A DNA stretch of 64,000 bases, from positions 12,206-76,205 of the IMG/VR virus record IMGVR_UViG_3300042542_002916; one strand, written 5' to 3'. Each line of letters opens with the position of its first letter. The first letter of the stretch is position 1. Below are positions 45,176 through 55,346 of the stretch, in pieces. Position numbers and translations under genes: made by a program. The stretch is from a virus. A model generated the notes under the pieces. That model did no database searches, had not been told where the DNA came from, and was given only the letters and a program-made list of their open reading frames with translations.

Positions 45176-47773
45176 GTGAGCAGCGAGAATACGAATCGAC
45201 TGGCGAAAGCCGCTTCGTTTTACTCCAGCATTGGCTGGAATATTCTTCCCTGTCATGGAATTGTCGGCGGTCGTTGTACATGCAATAGACCTCATGGTGA
45301 ACCAAAAGAAGTAGGAAAACACCCAGCTCTTAATGAGTGGAACATTCAATCAACTAATGACATAAACGTTATTAATCGTTGGTGGGAAGAGAACCCTAAC
45401 TACAACACTGGTGTTCATTGTCAGAAGTCTGGCTTTTTTGTAATTGATATTGATCCACGTTCTGGTGGTCCAGAGTCTTTTGAAAAATTTGAAGAACTTG
45501 TTGAAGGAGCATTACCTCCAACAATTGAAGCAATCACTGGCACATATACATCTGCAAATGGAAAAGCTCTTCGAGGTCGTCACATCTTTTATCGTTGTGA
45601 TGATTCAGAAGGTCTTGTCGGAAACCTTAGCAAGATGGGTCTTAAGGGTATTGATATAAAACATAACGGTTATGTTTTGATTGCACCATCACGACACTTT
45701 TCTGGTGTTGATTACGAATGGGTTCCAGGAAAAGCTCCTTGGGAAATGCAAATGACAGAAGCCCCTGAAGAACTTCTTGCAGCACTTCGTAAAAGAAGTA
45801 AGCGCTCTAGCTTCACTCTTGGTGATAGTAGCTGGGAAGGTATTGAGTATGAGCGAGTAGAGATTGACAAAATTCTTGAAGAAGGAATTCAAGAAGGCTC
45901 TCGTGCTGTTGATATTTATAAATTAACTTGCGCTCTTGCAAATAAGTACGGAACAGATGACATGACTCGTCAAATGATTGAGTCTGAGATGTTGCGCTTT
46001 AATGCAACTAAGGTCAACCCGCCTCTTCATATTGAAGGAACTAACGGTCTTTTACATCACGTCCACCGCGCTATTGACTTTGTTGCTAACAATCCAAAAA
46101 TTGGTTTGATGAGTCCAGAGACAGCCGAGTGGATGAAAAAGCAAGCAGATAAAATTTCATCAAGCACAAATCAGATTCAAGAACTTCAAGCTATGACAGG
46201 TGTTGTTCGTCCTCACCCTACTTCAGAGACTCACTTTGCTGGAACCATTAGCGGATCTGTTATGTCTGCAATTGAAGACGGTGACTCAATCCATGAAGCT
46301 ACATCTATTTCTAATATGGATGTTCCTAAAGACCCAGACTCATTAAATATTCAAGACGGTGGGGATGAAGGAAAGCGCTCGCTTTCAGACACGGGCAACG
46401 GTCGTCGTCTTGTTGACGTATTCGGTGCTGGTGTCCGCTACACAACTGGTCTTGGTTGGTTTGTTTGGAAAGAAGGATATTGGAAACCAGATAGAGAAGA
46501 CCTTGAAGTACAAGAACTTGCAAAGAAGATTGCTCCAGTTATCTCTGCTGAAGTTACTCGTTACCCAGAATCACAGCAGACAGAGGTAATCAAATGGGCT
46601 CACCAATCTCGTTCTAACTCTCGTCTTCGTGGAGCAATTGACTCTGCAAAATCTGACCCTCGTGTAGAAATCCCTGTTGAGATATGGGACCAAGATGAAA
46701 ATCTTTTAGGTGTTCTCAACGGTGTAATTGATTTGCGTACTGGCGAACTTCTAAAGGGTCGTCCAGATTTGCACATCACTCGTCGTGCACCTGTTGCATA
46801 CACTCGTGGTCACACAAATGTTCGTTGGCAACAGTTCATCGATTTTGCTACTGGTGGAGATAAGGAATATCAAGACTGGCTACAGCGTGCAGCTGGTTAC
46901 TCAATTACGGGTTCAAATAAATATGACTTGATGTTCTTGGTTTATGGTCCTGCTGGTTCTGGTAAGAACACTTTTGTTGAAGCGCTTGTTAAAGCTCTTG
47001 GAACTGCACAGTACGCATGGCCTCTTGATTCAAGCATTCTTGCTGCTAACGATGGTCAATCTAATGGAACAGATTTGTATCACTGGGCTCAGCTTCGTGG
47101 TCGTAGAGTTGTTTGGGTTGACGAACTTCCAGACTCAGAGCGTATGAAAGAGAACTCAGTTAAGAAGTTAACTGGTTCATCTGAAATCTCTGCTCGTTCT
47201 CCAGGTGAACAACCATTTACATTTCAATCACAAGCAAAGCTTTGGATTTCTACTAACCACCGTCCAGTAATTACTGATGATGCTATGTGGCGTCGTATTC
47301 GTCCAATTCCATTTACTCGTGTTCCAGAAGTTATGGACCCAGACTTGAAGGAATACATCTTTGACCCAGAGGGTGCTCTTCCAGCAGTTCTTTCATGGGC
47401 TGTTGAAGGTGCAATCAAACTTCTAGGTTCATCATCTCGTGATGCTCTTGGTTGGTGTACTCAAGTTGCAGAAGCAGCTGAAATTTATCGTAAGAACGAA
47501 GACCGTATTGGTATCTTCCTATCAGAAGAAACTAACGATAATGAAGGAGCAAGCATTGCATTCAAATCACTTTACGGTGTATACCGAGTGTGGTGTGAAG
47601 AACGCGGTGAGCGCCCAATGGCTCAAGGTAACTTGCAGAGAAAACTTACAGATAGAAGTGTTCAGATTGAAGGAACAGGTTCTCGCGCAGTTGTGTTAGG
47701 TCGATCATTGGTTCCACGACCAGTGCCTTCATCAGACATTGATTGGAATACAGCAGTTAGATTTGCTCGTTAA
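45176..47773 (+). CDS. Bifunctional primase-polymerase fused to D5-like SF3 helicase
   Basis: GWNILPCH...GKHP...VIDIDPRSGG...GRHIFY...DIK..GYVLIAPS (Prim-Pol); SDTGNGRR, LNGVIDLRTG (D5_N); GPAGSGKNT, VDE, KKLTG, TNHRP; AAGGAGG RBS. Confidence 0.95.
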   Translation: MSSENTNRLAKAASFYSSIGWNILPCHGIVGGRCTCNRPHGEPKEVGKHPALNEWNIQSTNDINVINRWWEENPNYNTGVHCQKSGFFVIDIDPRSGGPESFEKFEELVEGALPPTIEAITGTYTSANGKALRGRHIFYRCDDSEGLVGNLSKMGLKGIDIKHNGYVLIAPSRHFSGVDYEWVPGKAPWEMQMTEAPEELLAALRKRSKRSSFTLGDSSWEGIEYERVEIDKILEEGIQEGSRAVDIYKLTCALANKYGTDDMTRQMIESEMLRFNATKVNPPLHIEGTNGLLHHVHRAIDFVANNPKIGLMSPETAEWMKKQADKISSSTNQIQELQAMTGVVRPHPTSETHFAGTISGSVMSAIEDGDSIHEATSISNMDVPKDPDSLNIQDGGDEGKRSLSDTGNGRRLVDVFGAGVRYTTGLGWFVWKEGYWKPDREDLEVQELAKKIAPVISAEVTRYPESQQTEVIKWAHQSRSNSRLRGAIDSAKSDPRVEIPVEIWDQDENLLGVLNGVIDLRTGELLKGRPDLHITRRAPVAYTRGHTNVRWQQFIDFATGGDKEYQDWLQRAAGYSITGSNKYDLMFLVYGPAGSGKNTFVEALVKALGTAQYAWPLDSSILAANDGQSNGTDLYHWAQLRGRRVVWVDELPDSERMKENSVKKLTGSSEISARSPGEQPFTFQSQAKLWISTNHRPVITDDAMWRRIRPIPFTRVPEVMDPDLKEYIFDPEGALPAVLSWAVEGAIKLLGSSSRDALGWCTQVAEAAEIYRKNEDRIGIFLSEETNDNEGASIAFKSLYGVYRVWCEERGERPMAQGNLQRKLTDRSVQIEGTGSRAVVLGRSLVPRPVPSSDIDWNTAVRFAR

Positions 47774-49179
47774 CGAGGTGTAAAGATTCTTCCGCCAGAA
47801 GGACCACGATGTGGAGGAAGCCTTCTTGCAGCTGGAGACTTTGCAGTTAGTCGACCACCGATAAATCCTTGAGGTGGCTTAATCATAAGAGCAGTCATAG
47901 CGTGAACAAGTGCGTCAACGCGGTCTGGTGAGTTTTTAGACTCTCCTGGAATCCAAGAAAACATCTGAGACTCTAAGTCTGGAAGATAGTTAACGTGGTG
48001 AATACGATTCTGTTCGTAGGCAAGAACAATAGGTTCTGCACGAAGAGCTTTACCGTGCTTTGAGTGAACTTCAAATACCTTGATATTTGGATCAATAGAG
48101 TTAATAGCATTACGCACAAGTGCTCCACCTTGGTTTACTTCAGCAACAACTGGAGCACCCCAACGACGAGCCATCTCTACAACTTTGTTTGCCCACACTT
48201 CTGGTGAGCCTAAAATTGTTGCATCTTCTAAAACCCAAGCGTGGCGCTTATACAAATCTCTATCTGCTGTTGAGGCGCAAACAATAATTCCGCACTCATC
48301 TCGTGGATTTTCTGCAACTGATGGGTCAACACCAATTACACGAAGTGGAGCATGAGGCGGAAGAATCAACTCTCGTGCTCTGTCAATCATTTCAATAGTC
48401 CACAGTGCGCCTTCAATGTCATCCAACATTTCACCGTAAAGTTCTTGAGCAGCAAGACGAGTGCCTTCATACACTCCAGTAATTGCCTGCAAGTATGCAT
48501 CTGACAAGTTTCCTGCGTTATCAAGAGTAGAACCACGAGAAATATTTACTCGTCCTGTTTTCTTAGCTTCTTCAATTAAAGAGTAAAGAATCGGAACACG
48601 TTTAGGTGTCGTGGTCGCAATAATTTGTGGATGTGGTCCAAGACGAGCTGAAACTCGAAGGTTGTCCCAAGAAGTCATTCCTGCAGCATCTGGTGTTTGA
48701 CGCCATGCTGCAATTTCGTCAGCCCACGCGTAGTGACATTGAGGACCACGAAGTGAGTCTGGTTCATCAGCAGTAAAACAAGTTGCGGTATTTCCATTAG
48801 GCCAAGTCAATCGGCGCTTTGATGGTTCGTAATGTGGACGCTCACTTGGAGGCGTCACATTCATAATCCCTGATTCACCTTCAACAATAACGTCACGCAC
48901 GTCTGCAGCAGTACGGGCGACAAGAGCGAAGCGAAGTTGTCCTTGATTTGTGTATTTTGCTTTTTCTCGGACCCACTCAGCGGCGCTTCTTGTCTTACCC
49001 GCACCACGACCTGCAAGGTAAAGCCAAATTGCCCAGTCAGTTGTATCAGGTGGACGTTGTTCTGGGCGTGCCCACATTTCCCAAGACCATTGAACTTGTT
49101 CCATGTCCAAGTCTGCGAGGGCAGCTCTTTGTTCTTCTATGGGTAAGAGAGCAATGTGCTCCATCAGACTCTTACCCAT
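47770..49179 (-). CDS. terL: Terminase large subunit
   Basis: AGRGAGKTR, LRGPQ..YAWADE, TTTP, IGVDPS, VAEVNQGG, SPDRVDA. Confidence 0.95.
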   Translation of the reverse strand: MGKSLMEHIALLPIEEQRAALADLDMEQVQWSWEMWARPEQRPPDTTDWAIWLYLAGRGAGKTRSAAEWVREKAKYTNQGQLRFALVARTAADVRDVIVEGESGIMNVTPPSERPHYEPSKRRLTWPNGNTATCFTADEPDSLRGPQCHYAWADEIAAWRQTPDAAGMTSWDNLRVSARLGPHPQIIATTTPKRVPILYSLIEEAKKTGRVNISRGSTLDNAGNLSDAYLQAITGVYEGTRLAAQELYGEMLDDIEGALWTIEMIDRARELILPPHAPLRVIGVDPSVAENPRDECGIIVCASTADRDLYKRHAWVLEDATILGSPEVWANKVVEMARRWGAPVVAEVNQGGALVRNAINSIDPNIKVFEVHSKHGKALRAEPIVLAYEQNRIHHVNYLPDLESQMFSWIPGESKNSPDRVDALVHAMTALMIKPPQGFIGGRLTAKSPAARRLPPHRGPSGGRIFTPR

Positions 49180-49190
49180 TAGATACCCAC

Positions 49191-49649
49191 TTACTGACTA
49201 CGCTGAAGACTTCTCTGGACTCCATAGTATAACGGGGCTGCAGAACTTAGGCCCAATTCCTTTGCCAGATTTGCAAGAGAAATTCCTAATTTATATTCAT
49301 GTGCAAGTTGGTCATGGTATGAATCAACATCTTTTGCTTTTGCAATTTTTACGCGCTCTGCTGAACCAGCAACATCTTGATCTTTAACTCGCAATTTAGG
49401 ACGAGCAATAGATACTGAAATATCATTCATTACAACACGACGACGCACGCCAGCATATGCAACACTTAAACGCTTAGCAAGAAGTGGAAGACTGCCACCA
49501 CGACTATGAAATTCTGTTAGAAGTCGCGTGTATTCACGACTCGCTGTGTGGGCAGGAGTTTGTTGATCGCGGGGACCATACGCTTTCTTTGCAATAGCAA
49601 GAAGCGGTTCAATCTGTGTTGCATACTCTTCTACAAGCTCTCGGCTCAT
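49191..49649 (-). CDS. Tandem-HTH protein (possible small terminase or regulator)
   Basis: Two similar helical units, GGSLPLLAKRLSV and GISLANLAKELGL; directly upstream of terL. Confidence 0.6.
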   Translation of the reverse strand: MSRELVEEYATQIEPLLAIAKKAYGPRDQQTPAHTASREYTRLLTEFHSRGGSLPLLAKRLSVAYAGVRRRVVMNDISVSIARPKLRVKDQDVAGSAERVKIAKAKDVDSYHDQLAHEYKLGISLANLAKELGLSSAAPLYYGVQRSLQRSQ

Positions 49650-49737
49650 TATTTCTCTCCATTTATGTCGTTAGGTCCAGCGCGTCCAGATGTAGATTAT
49701 CATAGCGACACGCTGAAGTCAACGTTAAAGGAGGATA

Positions 49738-49911
49738 TTATTCTTCCTGATCTTTTGGATTTCTTAAAGGGTATGTAATTGCCCAAGCTAGAATGGTTCC
49801 AACTATGGCATAGCCAACAATGGTCTTTGCAGAACCATCAAGAACTACCCAAGCAATAAACATGCCTAGTAGTGTCCACAGTTGGTCAATCATGTCTCGA
49901 ATTAGTTTCAT
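49738..49911 (-). CDS. Small two-TM membrane protein (57 aa; not in ORF track)
   Basis: [57 protein letters not shown]; ATGA overlap with the large upstream gene. Confidence 0.75.
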   Translation of the reverse strand: MKLIRDMIDQLWTLLGMFIAWVVLDGSAKTIVGYAIVGTILAWAITYPLRNPKDQEE

Positions 49912-52754
49912 GGTTTTCTCCTCCTAACTCCTTTGCTATCTCCTGAAGGCGCACCGCCACCAGAACTTCCTCCGCCACTTGGGGCTCCGCCACCAGAACT
50001 TCCAGCGGCTCCAGCTGCTGCTGCACCAACTGCATTTATTGCTGCACCAGCAGCAATAACAGTTGCAACAACTGCCTCGGTAGATTCTTTTCGTTCTTCA
50101 TCTGACATATCTGCCCCGATGCTCCCCAAAGCAAGCAGTGCTTGAGCAGGGTCGTCGAACATAGTAGACAATAATTCTACAGGACTTGCTAATACCTCTA
50201 AAGCTGCTGCGACTTCGGCGGTAATGACTACTTCATTACCGTTCTCATCTGTTCTGACATCAACAGGAGTTTCAGCTGGAAGGTCCTCATAAGTAAGACC
50301 AGCAGCCTCTATGTTTTCTGATGAGATTGCTTCACCATCAGCTTGCTCAATAAGAACATCAGCAACGAACTCTTTTTCAGCCGCAGTGAGTTTTCCATCT
50401 TCAGTTAGCGAATCCACGAGATTTGCTACTTCGGAGTTACTAATTTCTCCGTCTGCGCTTATGGCATCAATAATTAGAGATTCTTCAGCGGTAGATAGTT
50501 TTCCGTCTTCAGCTAAATTATCAGTTAAAGAATCAATTTCAGATTGAGTCACTTTTCCGTCTGCATTTATGGCATCAAAAATAAGCTCTGATTCTGCCTC
50601 TGTGATTCCACCCTTAGATAGAGCATCAGTTAAGTTTGCAACCTCTTCATTGGTCACAACACCGTCGGCATCTAAAGCATCTAAAATTTTGTCAGCATCA
50701 GCAGAAGAAAGCTTTCCGTCAGAAACTAAATCAGCTACTTCGGATTGAATTTCCTCAACAGTCATAGGCGCTGGCTCTGCTTCAGGTTCTGGCTCTGGTG
50801 CAGGTTCGGGTGCTGGTTCTGGTATTGGTTCTGGCTCGGGAGCTGGTTCAGGCGCAGGTTCAGCCTCAGGAATTGGAGTAACCTCTGGAGATGGTTCTGG
50901 TAAAGGTATTGGCTCTGGCTCTGGCGCTGGTTCTGGGGACGGCTCTGGTTGCGGTTCTGGTGCTGGCTCTGGTGTGGGCTCAGGTTGTGGCTCTGGTTCG
51001 GGTTGTGGAACAGGCTGAGGCTCTGGCTCAGGAGCAGGAACAGGAGTAGGCTCTGGCTGTGGTGAAGGTACTGGAGAAGGCTCTGGATTGGGTTCTGGCT
51101 GCGGCTGCGGCTGTGGGCTTGGCTCTGGTTGCGGCTGTGGTGTTGGCGCTGGTTCTGGGGACGGTGTTGGTGCAGGCTCTGGCGTTGGTTCTACTGGCGG
51201 TGCTGGCTCTGGCGTTGGTTCTACTGGCGGTGCTGGCGGTGCTTGAATCTCAGACTGTACAACGGATACGGCGTTAGCCATTGCAGTAATAGCTTCTGCA
51301 ACTTTAGTTGTTGCAGTGTCAGCTAATTGATTTGCTGTTGTTACAGCGCTATTTTGCGCTGATTGGAGGTTACCTAATGTTTGAGTTTCTGTTGTTAGTG
51401 TGGTCTGAGCTGTTGCAAGCTCTGTCACTGCTACTGTTTTCACTTCTGTAAGAGTTGCTAAAACCGCTGTTTCTGTAGCAACAACTGCTGTTTGCTCAGT
51501 GATTTGAGCAGTTAAAGTCTCATTGGTTACATTGGTCATTGGCTTAATTTCTTGACCTGCTGCTTCACGAACACCAATACGAGGACCGTTATAAAGCTGG
51601 GTGGTGTTTCCTGCAACAGTTCCTACACCAGTCCATTCCCCTGTTGTTGGGTTGACTGTCATCTTCCAATTAACATTTGTAAGTGGGCCATTATGATCTT
51701 GAAAACGTTTTAAGTTCCAATCAACCTCTAAAGTAGTTTCAGTTGTTGTGACTGTTGTAAATGATCCGTTTGCGTTTGAACTCATAAAGTCGCTGCCAAA
51801 GACTGAGATATGTGCTCCTGCTGGAAAATCCCACCAGTTAACGTCCCCATTGCCAAAGGTAATCGTTGCTTTTGAACTAACATAAATCTGGCTGTTTGTT
51901 CCCTGACCTTCATACACAGTGTTGCCAAGTTTGATGTCAAAGGGAGTATTGATTTTTGTATAGCCGTCATACATTGTTGGCAATGTAGTTGTTATAACGG
52001 TAGGTGTTTCTGGAGCAACAGGAGCTACATAACCTTCTGTTGTATAGGTCTTACTATCTGACGGAGTATTTTGAAGAGTAGTTAACTCTGAAGTTTCTGT
52101 AGCTACGACTGCAGTCTGTGAATCAACTGCTGCTGTCGCTGTAGTTACTACGGCTGTTGCTGAATCGACTGCTGTAGTTGCACTCTCTACTACTGCAGTC
52201 TGTGTATCAACTGCTTGAATTGCTGTAGCAACATTTGCTGTTGCTGAGTCTGCTGCTGCAATAGCAGTCTGTGCTTCTTGAATAACTGGAGTTGCAGCTT
52301 GAACTGCTGCATTAGTTGTTGGATTGTTTTGAACTACAGTGACAGCTGTTGTTGTATCTGTTGCTGCTCCAACAGAAATTACATGGTCTACAATTTCTTG
52401 ACTTTTAGTTTCTATAGCGGTTGCTAGAGCCGTAGCTGCATCGCTAACTTTTTCTTGAATTGTAGTAAGTACATTAGATACCGCTGTTGCTACTGCGGTT
52501 GCTGCTCCTGCATTTTGCTCTTGCGTTGAGCTGCTAGAAGAAGCTTGTGGATCACCTCCCGAAGACGCACCTGGATTAGTAGATGTCGAGTTAGGTTCTG
52601 TTCCTGCTGTTTGAACCCCCTGACTTACGTCATCTGCATATGCAACTGAAGGAGAAAATATTGTGTACAAGAAAAGTATAAAAGGGCTAGCAACTAGTGA
52701 TAACCAAAAACGGGTAGCCCAACGTTTTGTTCCACGAGAAAAATGAGCAACCAT
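49908..52754 (-). CDS. Large exported/membrane-anchored protein: signal peptide, Ala/Thr coiled coil, NIDO-like beta domain, Pro-Glu/Gln linker, acidic DG repeats
   Basis: GGAGG RBS before ATG 52754; hydrophobic segment ending VAYA-DD; (PEPAP/PQP)n; xDGKL/V repeats; hydrophobic C-terminal segment then RRRKP. Confidence 0.75.
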   Translation of the reverse strand: MVAHFSRGTKRWATRFWLSLVASPFILFLYTIFSPSVAYADDVSQGVQTAGTEPNSTSTNPGASSGGDPQASSSSSTQEQNAGAATAVATAVSNVLTTIQEKVSDAATALATAIETKSQEIVDHVISVGAATDTTTAVTVVQNNPTTNAAVQAATPVIQEAQTAIAAADSATANVATAIQAVDTQTAVVESATTAVDSATAVVTTATAAVDSQTAVVATETSELTTLQNTPSDSKTYTTEGYVAPVAPETPTVITTTLPTMYDGYTKINTPFDIKLGNTVYEGQGTNSQIYVSSKATITFGNGDVNWWDFPAGAHISVFGSDFMSSNANGSFTTVTTTETTLEVDWNLKRFQDHNGPLTNVNWKMTVNPTTGEWTGVGTVAGNTTQLYNGPRIGVREAAGQEIKPMTNVTNETLTAQITEQTAVVATETAVLATLTEVKTVAVTELATAQTTLTTETQTLGNLQSAQNSAVTTANQLADTATTKVAEAITAMANAVSVVQSEIQAPPAPPVEPTPEPAPPVEPTPEPAPTPSPEPAPTPQPQPEPSPQPQPQPEPNPEPSPVPSPQPEPTPVPAPEPEPQPVPQPEPEPQPEPTPEPAPEPQPEPSPEPAPEPEPIPLPEPSPEVTPIPEAEPAPEPAPEPEPIPEPAPEPAPEPEPEAEPAPMTVEEIQSEVADLVSDGKLSSADADKILDALDADGVVTNEEVANLTDALSKGGITEAESELIFDAINADGKVTQSEIDSLTDNLAEDGKLSTAEESLIIDAISADGEISNSEVANLVDSLTEDGKLTAAEKEFVADVLIEQADGEAISSENIEAAGLTYEDLPAETPVDVRTDENGNEVVITAEVAAALEVLASPVELLSTMFDDPAQALLALGSIGADMSDEERKESTEAVVATVIAAGAAINAVGAAAAGAAGSSGGGAPSGGGSSGGGAPSGDSKGVRRRKP
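51175..51234. repeat. Exact 30-bp tandem duplication in the Pro-rich linker
   Basis: GGCTCTGGCGTTGGTTCTACTGGCGGTGCT x2 (encodes [10 protein letters not shown] twice). Confidence 0.9.
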
Positions 52755-52848
52755 AAGTAGCCTCCAGCGCAAGGCGAAGACAGGCTGCAAAACAGCCTGC
52801 TGTAATCTGGTGTCCAGTCAGAATTACAATGTAATTTTACTGTATTTT

Positions 52849-53526
52849 TTACTTAGGTGATATTAGATTTTCTTTAGAAAGTGCTACAAAAATGTTTCTA
52901 ACAGTTGACGCGTACCATTTTTCGCCGCTGTGCGCTGTTGGTATTGCGTCTTTATTTAAATTTTCGGCAATGTTACGGTAAGAAATTCCAGCATTGTGTT
53001 CAATAAATATTCTTTGACGAACTGCTTCATCAACTGGAGACTTAGGTCCTAAATCAATTCCCCAAACCTTACCTTTGTCACGTCTATCTTGATGAACATC
53101 TTTTTGACGCATGGAAATCATTCCGCGTTCCATCTCAGCCATTGCTGACATAATTGTTACAACGAAGCGTCCTTGATATGTTGCAGTATCAAGACCTAAG
53201 TCAAGCATTGCAAGACGCCAATTGTTTTTGTGTGAACGGTCAACAATACTTAAGAAGTCACGAGTAGAACGAGCAAGGCGATCAAGACGAGTTACATATA
53301 AAGCCTTAGCTTTTCCTGAGTCCAAATCATCTAATGCTTGACGGAGAACTGGTCTTCCTTGAATGCTCTTACCAGAGCGACCTTCTTCACGAAGAATGAC
53401 AGCTTCATAGCCAGCAGCTTCTGCTGCAGCTTTCATCTGCTTCTCTTGAGCACCAAGACTCATTCCATCCTCTGCTTGCATCTGAGTAGATACTCGGGCA
53501 TAGCAGTAGGCGATTCCTTCACTCAC
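52849..53526 (-). CDS. Serine recombinase (resolvase catalytic domain + short recombinase-type DNA-binding domain)
   Basis: YARVST, SGKS..GRP.L, RLDRLARS, AEMER, then IAENLN...W.ASTVRNI. Confidence 0.92.
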   Translation of the reverse strand: MSEGIAYCYARVSTQMQAEDGMSLGAQEKQMKAAAEAAGYEAVILREEGRSGKSIQGRPVLRQALDDLDSGKAKALYVTRLDRLARSTRDFLSIVDRSHKNNWRLAMLDLGLDTATYQGRFVVTIMSAMAEMERGMISMRQKDVHQDRRDKGKVWGIDLGPKSPVDEAVRQRIFIEHNAGISYRNIAENLNKDAIPTAHSGEKWYASTVRNIFVALSKENLISPK

Positions 53527-54251
53527 GGGGCAACACGACCATTCTCAACAAAAGCTTTATGGGTTAAAGGCATAAGTTCTTTAAATATCTCTTCATACTT
53601 CTCGGCAACCATTTCAATCTCCCGCTGGGGGTAAGAAGGAAAGTGAGAGCCTTCAACAGAGCGTCTAAGACTTAAGAAGTTCATAAGCGCTCTGGCATTC
53701 ATAGTTACATAGGCAGAAGAGTAGATAGTGACTGGGAGAACTCCACGAGCGACTTCTCTTGCTATCCCGTGACGAAGAAGTTCTTCATAAGATGCATAAG
53801 CCTCGTTGCAGTTTCTACGGAAGGTCTGAAGAGTTACTGCATATTGTTCGTCAGTTCCTTCAGTAAAAATGTATGCTCCTGCTTTACCTGTTTGGATAAG
53901 TTTTCTATCTTTAGGTGGAGCATAGAACTCTGGTTCTAACTGTTTATATCGACCAGACTCTTCGTTATAGGAAGCCATGCGATGACGCATATGCTCACGC
54001 CAAACAAAGATAGGTGCTTTGACATAAAAGGTAAAAACAGAATGCTCAAACGGAGAACCATGTCGTTCCCGAGCTAGGAAGTTAATAAGTCCAAACAACT
54101 TCTCGTTGTTCTCCATAGAGAACCCGTCCAAGCTGTTTTTTGACCTTTCACCTTGAGTAGAGACTCTGGCTGCAAAAGCAACATCATGGTCAGAAGCGCT
54201 GTGCTTTACAAGTTCAACGACAACATCAGACCTAAAGGTCGCTTTATACAT
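53523..54251 (-). CDS. thyX: Flavin-dependent thymidylate synthase
   Basis: HGSPFEH, RHRMASYNEESGRY, AREVARGVLP, NARALMNFLSLR, QREI. Confidence 0.97.
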   Translation of the reverse strand: MYKATFRSDVVVELVKHSASDHDVAFAARVSTQGERSKNSLDGFSMENNEKLFGLINFLARERHGSPFEHSVFTFYVKAPIFVWREHMRHRMASYNEESGRYKQLEPEFYAPPKDRKLIQTGKAGAYIFTEGTDEQYAVTLQTFRRNCNEAYASYEELLRHGIAREVARGVLPVTIYSSAYVTMNARALMNFLSLRRSVEGSHFPSYPQREIEMVAEKYEEIFKELMPLTHKAFVENGRVAP

Positions 54252-54253
54252 TC

Positions 54254-54487
54254 CTACTCCTTTTCAGCTAAATACCACTGACGGGCATTTCTAATGAAAA
54301 CTGCTGCATAGACAGCAGCAAAAACAATAAAGCCATACTGCTTAGTGGTGACCGCATAGACAATCCACAAAACCTCGGACGCTAGACCGATGAGCCAACC
54401 CCACCAGAACTTACGACCCGAGAAGTAGAGACCTGTGACCCCGACGGTCATCAGGAGCCAAGACCACCACCAAGCAGGTGACTCCAT
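54254..54487 (-). CDS. Half-size PnuC-like (nicotinamide riboside transporter-like) 3-TM protein
   Basis: G.Y..GRK.WWGWLIG...LW..YA...QYGF...N...W pattern; three hydrophobic segments. Confidence 0.65.
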   Translation of the reverse strand: MESPAWWWSWLLMTVGVTGLYFSGRKFWWGWLIGLASEVLWIVYAVTTKQYGFIVFAAVYAAVFIRNARQWYLAEKE

Positions 54488-54489
54488 CT

Positions 54490-54696
54490 TTAGTTAACGG
54501 TTTTTAGTTTTGGCTTTGCTGCTTCTTCTTTTGGTTTACGAGCCCGAGCAAGAGCAGCGAAAAAGCCCTTAACCAAACCATAAATTACCAGTGCAGAAAA
54601 AAACACAACTGCCAGAACAAGGATTGATCCAACTAGAAACAGTCCGAGTTCAAAAGCGAACTCAAACGGGGCTTTCCAATTAAGGTCCATCATCAT
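54490..54696 (-). CDS. Small membrane protein
   Basis: Long hydrophobic segment and basic tail; GGTAGG RBS. Confidence 0.6.
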   Translation of the reverse strand: MMMDLNWKAPFEFAFELGLFLVGSILVLAVVFFSALVIYGLVKGFFAALARARKPKEEAAKPKLKTVN

Positions 54697-54724
54697 TACC
54701 TACCTTTCGTCTTTCGACTTTATT

Positions 54725-55231
54725 CTAGAGAACCTTTGGTCGCATTACAACCAAGGCACTGGGGAAGGGGGCGGCATTTTTGGATTTACCAAACTTGAGC
54801 CGTCCTCGGATATATCGAACCTCGTGGTGGATAGCGTAGTCGTGAAACCATGCTGTGTCCGTCCTTGAGGGGACTAGGCAGACGACAGTTGCTCCTTTTT
54901 GGGATTCTTCGTCTGCTTTCTTCATCCACTCCTTGATGGTCTTTCCATAAGGTGGGTTTAACCAAATTATGCCTGTACCAGCATCTTGGTGCCAATCTCG
55001 GGTGAACGCATCTCTTCGGTCTCTATGAGGATGGTCTGGTCCATACCAGTTACGACATAGGGCCGATGACTGCAGTGCAGCAGCATCAAGAGTGAAGTCA
55101 AACTCTTTAGAGACTTTGTTGAAGAAGTCTGCAGGAGTTGACCAAGTGTCATCCATAGATGACATTGCTGTTGAGCTGCTGTAGAAGCCCGTACTAGCTG
55201 CGTATGGGGTCATCGTTACGTCTGAAGTCAT
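54725..55231 (-). CDS. Phage DNA N6-adenine methyltransferase (Dam family)
   Basis: DTWSTP, FTLDAAA, IWLNPPYG, LVPSRTDTAWFH, RGRLKFG, APFPS. Start reassigned to ATG 55231 (TACACT 6 nt upstream). Confidence 0.9.
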   Translation of the reverse strand: MTSDVTMTPYAASTGFYSSSTAMSSMDDTWSTPADFFNKVSKEFDFTLDAAALQSSALCRNWYGPDHPHRDRRDAFTRDWHQDAGTGIIWLNPPYGKTIKEWMKKADEESQKGATVVCLVPSRTDTAWFHDYAIHHEVRYIRGRLKFGKSKNAAPFPSALVVMRPKVL

Positions 55232-55239
55232 GCTAGAAG

Positions 55240-55337
55240 TGTACACCCTTAGACTTAAGTTTGTACAACATTATGACCCTATATAGAGATTCCTAATGTT
55301 CAGATATTGTACGTTACGGGCGATTTTCGTACAATAT
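55240..55337. promoter_or_regulatory. Cluster of TGTAC-containing inverted repeats; candidate recombinase res/operator site overlapping the operon promoter
   Basis: TGTACACCCTTA-GACT-TAAGTTTGTACA (55240-55267) and ATATTGTACG-N14-CGTACAATAT (55304-55337). Confidence 0.45.
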
Positions 55338-55346
55338 AGGATAAAC

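Noticed and set aside
52781-52828. Hairpins CAGGCTG-N5-CAGCCTG and TGTAAT...ATTACA upstream of the large surface protein as a riboswitch or ncRNA
   Set aside because: Short stems with no recognisable family motif; may be a simple terminator or operator but cannot be supported.
52849-53526. Recombinase as a prophage integrase or IS607 transposon
   Set aside because: Too short for a large serine integrase, no N-terminal MerR-like HTH or tnpB neighbour, and no host genes or att junction in the window.
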